From Acidobacteriota bacterium (GTDB lineage Bacteria; Acidobacteriota; Terriglobia; Terriglobales; Acidobacteriaceae): a stretch of DNA of 64,000 nucleotides. Within the stretch, counting starts at the first letter, position 1; each line of letters starts with the position of its first letter. The stretch lies in NCBI GenBank assembly GCA_018268855.1, contig JAFDVR010000003.1, positions 509 to 64,508 of the forward strand, given 5' to 3'. Both the position numbers and the translations under genes were made by a program. Positions 61,185 through 64,000 of the stretch are shown here, one piece after another. Below the pieces are notes generated by a model. That model saw only the letters and a program-made list of their open reading frames with translations. It was not told where the DNA came from and did no database searches.

Positions 61185-62432
61185 TTAGTGAAACATTTTA
61201 GTCAGCGGAAATAACGCCATTCGCTCAGTCAATTTAGACTTCGCTTCTTCTGCCATAGGAATATCTTTCTGGAAAGAAGGCCAGAGGTGCACGATGGATT
61301 CGGCAGTGTGCAAAGCGGCGTCTCGTAGTAACTGCGGCGGAGCAGGTATTTTTGCGATGAATCTATTGAGAAGTTCTCTGTCAAACTTGCTCACATCCTT
61401 TTCCCGTGCGACAGAGAGCGACATAGTCGTATCGGGCATGTAAGCGATGGTGGAGACAAAGTCATAGGCCGGACTGAGTTCTGGCGTTCGCCCATCGCGG
61501 TAAATTAAGGACCAATTCTTTAAGTGCATATCTGCATTGCCTATGGCCGCGCTGAAAACCAGTCTGCGCATAAACTCCGCGATGGAATCTGCGGCTATCC
61601 TGCTCAAATCGGTCGCGATATTCCCATAGCTATAGTTGCGATATTTGCTTTCAGGGAATTGACGGTACACCTGATTGAAATCTTCTATGTGAATGCGTGA
61701 ACCATCTGCGGCGCGATCAAAACGTTTCACCCATAAAGCATTCGCTTGAGTGCGCATGAAATCAGGCAATCCCTCAACCTCTGCCGCTGACACCAGACCG
61801 TTTTCGGCAACTGTAATTCCAATCGCCCGCGCAAATTGCATCATGGAGTATTCATTTTCAGGAACCAGAGGGTATTGACGTGAAGGAAGTTTGAGTACCC
61901 AATGACCGCCTTTCCCCTCGACGGGCACTGTCAAACCACGCTCTGGAGAGCCCACCGCAGAAAATTTCATTTGAACCCCCGCAAGGGAGAACCGTAGCGG
62001 CTGTTCCTGCTGGAGTGTTTCCGCCTTAAACAAACCTTCTGCAGAAAAGTCACTCGCAGGAGGGGGGCCATCCTGCTCTCTACGCACGATCACGGCGCCA
62101 GGCAGATCGTCCCCCAAAAGTTCCAATAAGGGCAGATCGCGAGCTTCTTTTGTTCCGGAGCGTTGAGCTACGTAATGCCGCAGTTCACCTTCCGGCAGAA
62201 GATTGGAAAAGAATGGCGCCACGCGCATTCCTGTCCGCTGCGGTTCCGGATCGAGAAATCCTTCGGCGTTATAGAAAGAAAGACTGAGGACAGGACGGTG
62301 CTCATCGGCGATATAAGCCGGATCGAATGCAAAGATGTTCTGATCGTTCGGGATTTCCGTGATGGTGCCGACGCGTGCGTGGTTCAACCAGACAGAGAGA
62401 TGCGCGAGTCCTTTTTTTTTAGTCATCGCCAT
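61185..62432 (-). CDS. hipA: Type II toxin HipA (Ser/Thr kinase)
   Basis: ...LSVWLNHARVGTI...SLAGVQMKFS...GNADMHLKNWSLIY... Start at 62432 or 62426 (the tracked ORF extends to 62456). Overlaps the hipB 3' end. Confidence 0.88.
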   Translation of the reverse strand: MAMTKKKGLAHLSVWLNHARVGTITEIPNDQNIFAFDPAYIADEHRPVLSLSFYNAEGFLDPEPQRTGMRVAPFFSNLLPEGELRHYVAQRSGTKEARDLPLLELLGDDLPGAVIVRREQDGPPPASDFSAEGLFKAETLQQEQPLRFSLAGVQMKFSAVGSPERGLTVPVEGKGGHWVLKLPSRQYPLVPENEYSMMQFARAIGITVAENGLVSAAEVEGLPDFMRTQANALWVKRFDRAADGSRIHIEDFNQVYRQFPESKYRNYSYGNIATDLSRIAADSIAEFMRRLVFSAAIGNADMHLKNWSLIYRDGRTPELSPAYDFVSTIAYMPDTTMSLSVAREKDVSKFDRELLNRFIAKIPAPPQLLRDAALHTAESIVHLWPSFQKDIPMAEEAKSKLTERMALFPLTKMFH

Positions 62433-62742
62433 CGTCCTCTTGGTCTTCTGGATCATTACCGACCAGGCGGCTTTTCTGCGGCGTAGATTTCAAACCGGAA
62501 TGTTCCGCAATGAGATTGTGGACAGCAGGAAGCAGCCGAACCGGCACGGCGACAGGCTCTGCTCCCATGCTTCTCAGAACCTGTACAAGGCTTGTGAGGC
62601 GCGGGTCTTCGTTGCCGGACTCAAGCCGCGCGATCTGCGATTGCGCCTTTCCGGAAAGCCGGGCTATCTCCGCCTGAGACATGCCGAGTTGGCGGCGACG
62701 GTTACGAAGAGTACGCCCCCAATATTCGGGAACAGTTTCCAT
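62419..62742 (-). CDS. hipB: Type II antitoxin HipB (XRE-family HTH)
   Basis: 107 aa. LRNRRRQLGMSQAEIARLSGKAQSQIARLESG. Confidence 0.8.
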   Translation of the reverse strand: METVPEYWGRTLRNRRRQLGMSQAEIARLSGKAQSQIARLESGNEDPRLTSLVQVLRSMGAEPVAVPVRLLPAVHNLIAEHSGLKSTPQKSRLVGNDPEDQEDDGDD

Positions 62743-62753
62743 TACTCATGCAT

Positions 62754-62772
62754 CATAAATTAAGTAAATTTA
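62754..62772. promoter_or_regulatory. Inverted repeat ATAAATT-N5-AATTTAT in the hipB/mrr divergent promoter region
   Basis: Lies 12 bp upstream of hipB in a 49-bp AT-rich gap. Operator role is speculative. Confidence 0.3.
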
Positions 62773-62884
62773 TAGTTCAAAATATATATACATGAGCGTT
62801 TATGTACAACAGACCATTGCTCCTAAACTCGAAAATACGCTCATGCCCGGTAGATCACAGGACCGATGCACCAGGCAAAGTCTT

Positions 62885-63832
62885 ATGGGGATAGGCTCCC
62901 TAACGGGTAACATCGCTTCATGCCGGTTCCTAACTTTTCAGGCTTTCTTATCACCCATCCTCAGGATTGCGTCTGATGGAGCCATTCATAGCGCTGCCGA
63001 ATTTGAGCAGGGTTCGGCCGATATTTTGGGCCTTTCTCCCGAAGATCGAACGCAGATGTTAGCAAGTGGAGGGATGACGGTCCTGCGAGACCGCAGTGGA
63101 TGGGCTTACTACTATTTATTTCGCGCCGGTCTTTTGGAGCGTCCCAGCCGGGGCCATTACCGGATAACGGAACGTGGCCTTCAGGCATTGAAAGACTGCC
63201 CGGATGGTGTCAACAAGAAATATCTGAAGCAGTTTCCTGAGTTTCTGGAATACGTTAACTCGAAGCCCAAAGAGGGAAAGCTGATTGATTCGGCGTCCGT
63301 TCTGGAAACATCGAATCAAACCCCGCAAGGAATGATCGATGAAGCGTACCGTGTGCTTCAGGAGCAACTGGCTGCTGACCTGCTGGAGCAGATCATGTCC
63401 AAATCTCCCGCCTTTTTTGAAGCTCTGGTCGTAAAGCTGCTAGTACGGATGGGCTATGGAGGCTCAGAGGCAGAAGCTTATGTTACCGGGCGTTCTGGCG
63501 ATGGCGGAATCGACGGATTGATTAATGAAGACCGGCTTGGCCTCGACCGGATTTACGTCCAGGCAAAAAGATGGAAAGAAAAGATAGGTACGCCGCAAAT
63601 TCGCGATTTTGTAGGTAGCCTGGCCGGTCAAGGCGCACATAAAGGAGTTTTCATCACTACTTCAGGCTTCCAGCCCAGTGTCGCGGAATATCTGCGTGGA
63701 GTTCAGCACAGGGTCGTTCTTATTGATGGGCCACGACTGGCCGCTCTTTGCATCGAGTTTGGCATTGGCGTGGTTCCCGAAGGCGCATATACGATTCGTA
63801 AAATCGATGCTTCCTTTTTTGAGAGCGAATAA
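62885..63832 (+). CDS. mrr: Mrr-family type IV restriction endonuclease
   Basis: N-terminal Mrr_N-like wHTH (FQAFLSPILRIASDG...GWAYYYLFRAGLLERPSRGHYRITERG). Catalytic core GRSGDGGIDGLI...IYVQAKRW. Start unclear; see the corresponding finding. Tracked ORF begins at 62792. Confidence 0.8.
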   Translation: MGIGSLTGNIASCRFLTFQAFLSPILRIASDGAIHSAAEFEQGSADILGLSPEDRTQMLASGGMTVLRDRSGWAYYYLFRAGLLERPSRGHYRITERGLQALKDCPDGVNKKYLKQFPEFLEYVNSKPKEGKLIDSASVLETSNQTPQGMIDEAYRVLQEQLAADLLEQIMSKSPAFFEALVVKLLVRMGYGGSEAEAYVTGRSGDGGIDGLINEDRLGLDRIYVQAKRWKEKIGTPQIRDFVGSLAGQGAHKGVFITTSGFQPSVAEYLRGVQHRVVLIDGPRLAALCIEFGIGVVPEGAYTIRKIDASFFESE

Positions 63833-63857
63833 AGGTATGTGCGCGGATGGTTTGTTT

Positions 63858-63929
63858 CGCCTTGGCGCTTCCGTTGGTCGGTGCTGCGCGCACGGCGGAA
63901 GGCTTTGCGTGGCGCTTCCGTTGGGCGCG
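63858..63929 (+). repeat. Family-A repeat, about 1.5 copies, downstream of mrr
   Basis: CGCCTTGGCGCTTCCGTTGGTCG then GTGCTGCGCGCACGGCGGAAGGCTTTGCGTGGCGCTTCCGTTGGGCGCG. Confidence 0.8.
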
Positions 63930-64000
63930 GTTTGAGATTGTGGGTCGGGTGGAGAAGGGGCCGCGGCTGAAGCCGGTTTTGTTGTTGGCCGTAGTTTCAG

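Overview
High-GC bacterial chromosome segment from the replication-origin neighbourhood. It is probably an Acidobacteriota (Terriglobia-like) genome; the basis is two large CarboxypepD_reg-type TonB-dependent-receptor-like genes and the style of the intergenic repeats, and this is an inference, not a database match. Core genes: parB-parA-rsmG with two perfect parS palindromes, dnaA, rpmH-rnpA (rpmH is too short for the ORF track), dnaN, purE-purK, lipB plus a three-lipoyl-domain E2 acyltransferase, and katG with a Fur/PerR-like box. Accessory content is dense. There are four recognisable type II toxin-antitoxin pairs (dinJ-yafQ, parDE, higBA, hipBA), one decayed HigA-like fragment, and an Mrr-type restriction gene. 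A roughly 16 kb phage-derived cluster (33.5-49.2 kb) carries only structural genes and has no visible integrase, replication, repressor, tape-measure or endolysin gene. Two cassettes look most worth following up. The first is a HipA-like kinase plus DUF3037-like pair with its own terminator, inserted between the terminase and portal genes. The second is an AT-richer two-gene cassette between purK and the E2 gene: a small protein plus a protein with an H-Y-Q/E ADP-ribosyltransferase-like motif pattern. At least five families of short GC-rich palindromic repeats fill the intergenic space. One family repeatedly starts within 0-3 nt of stop codons. Another is inserted in frame inside the portal gene. 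No rRNA, tRNA, CRISPR array or transposase was recognised by eye. All calls rest on reading the translations and the DNA; no searches were run.
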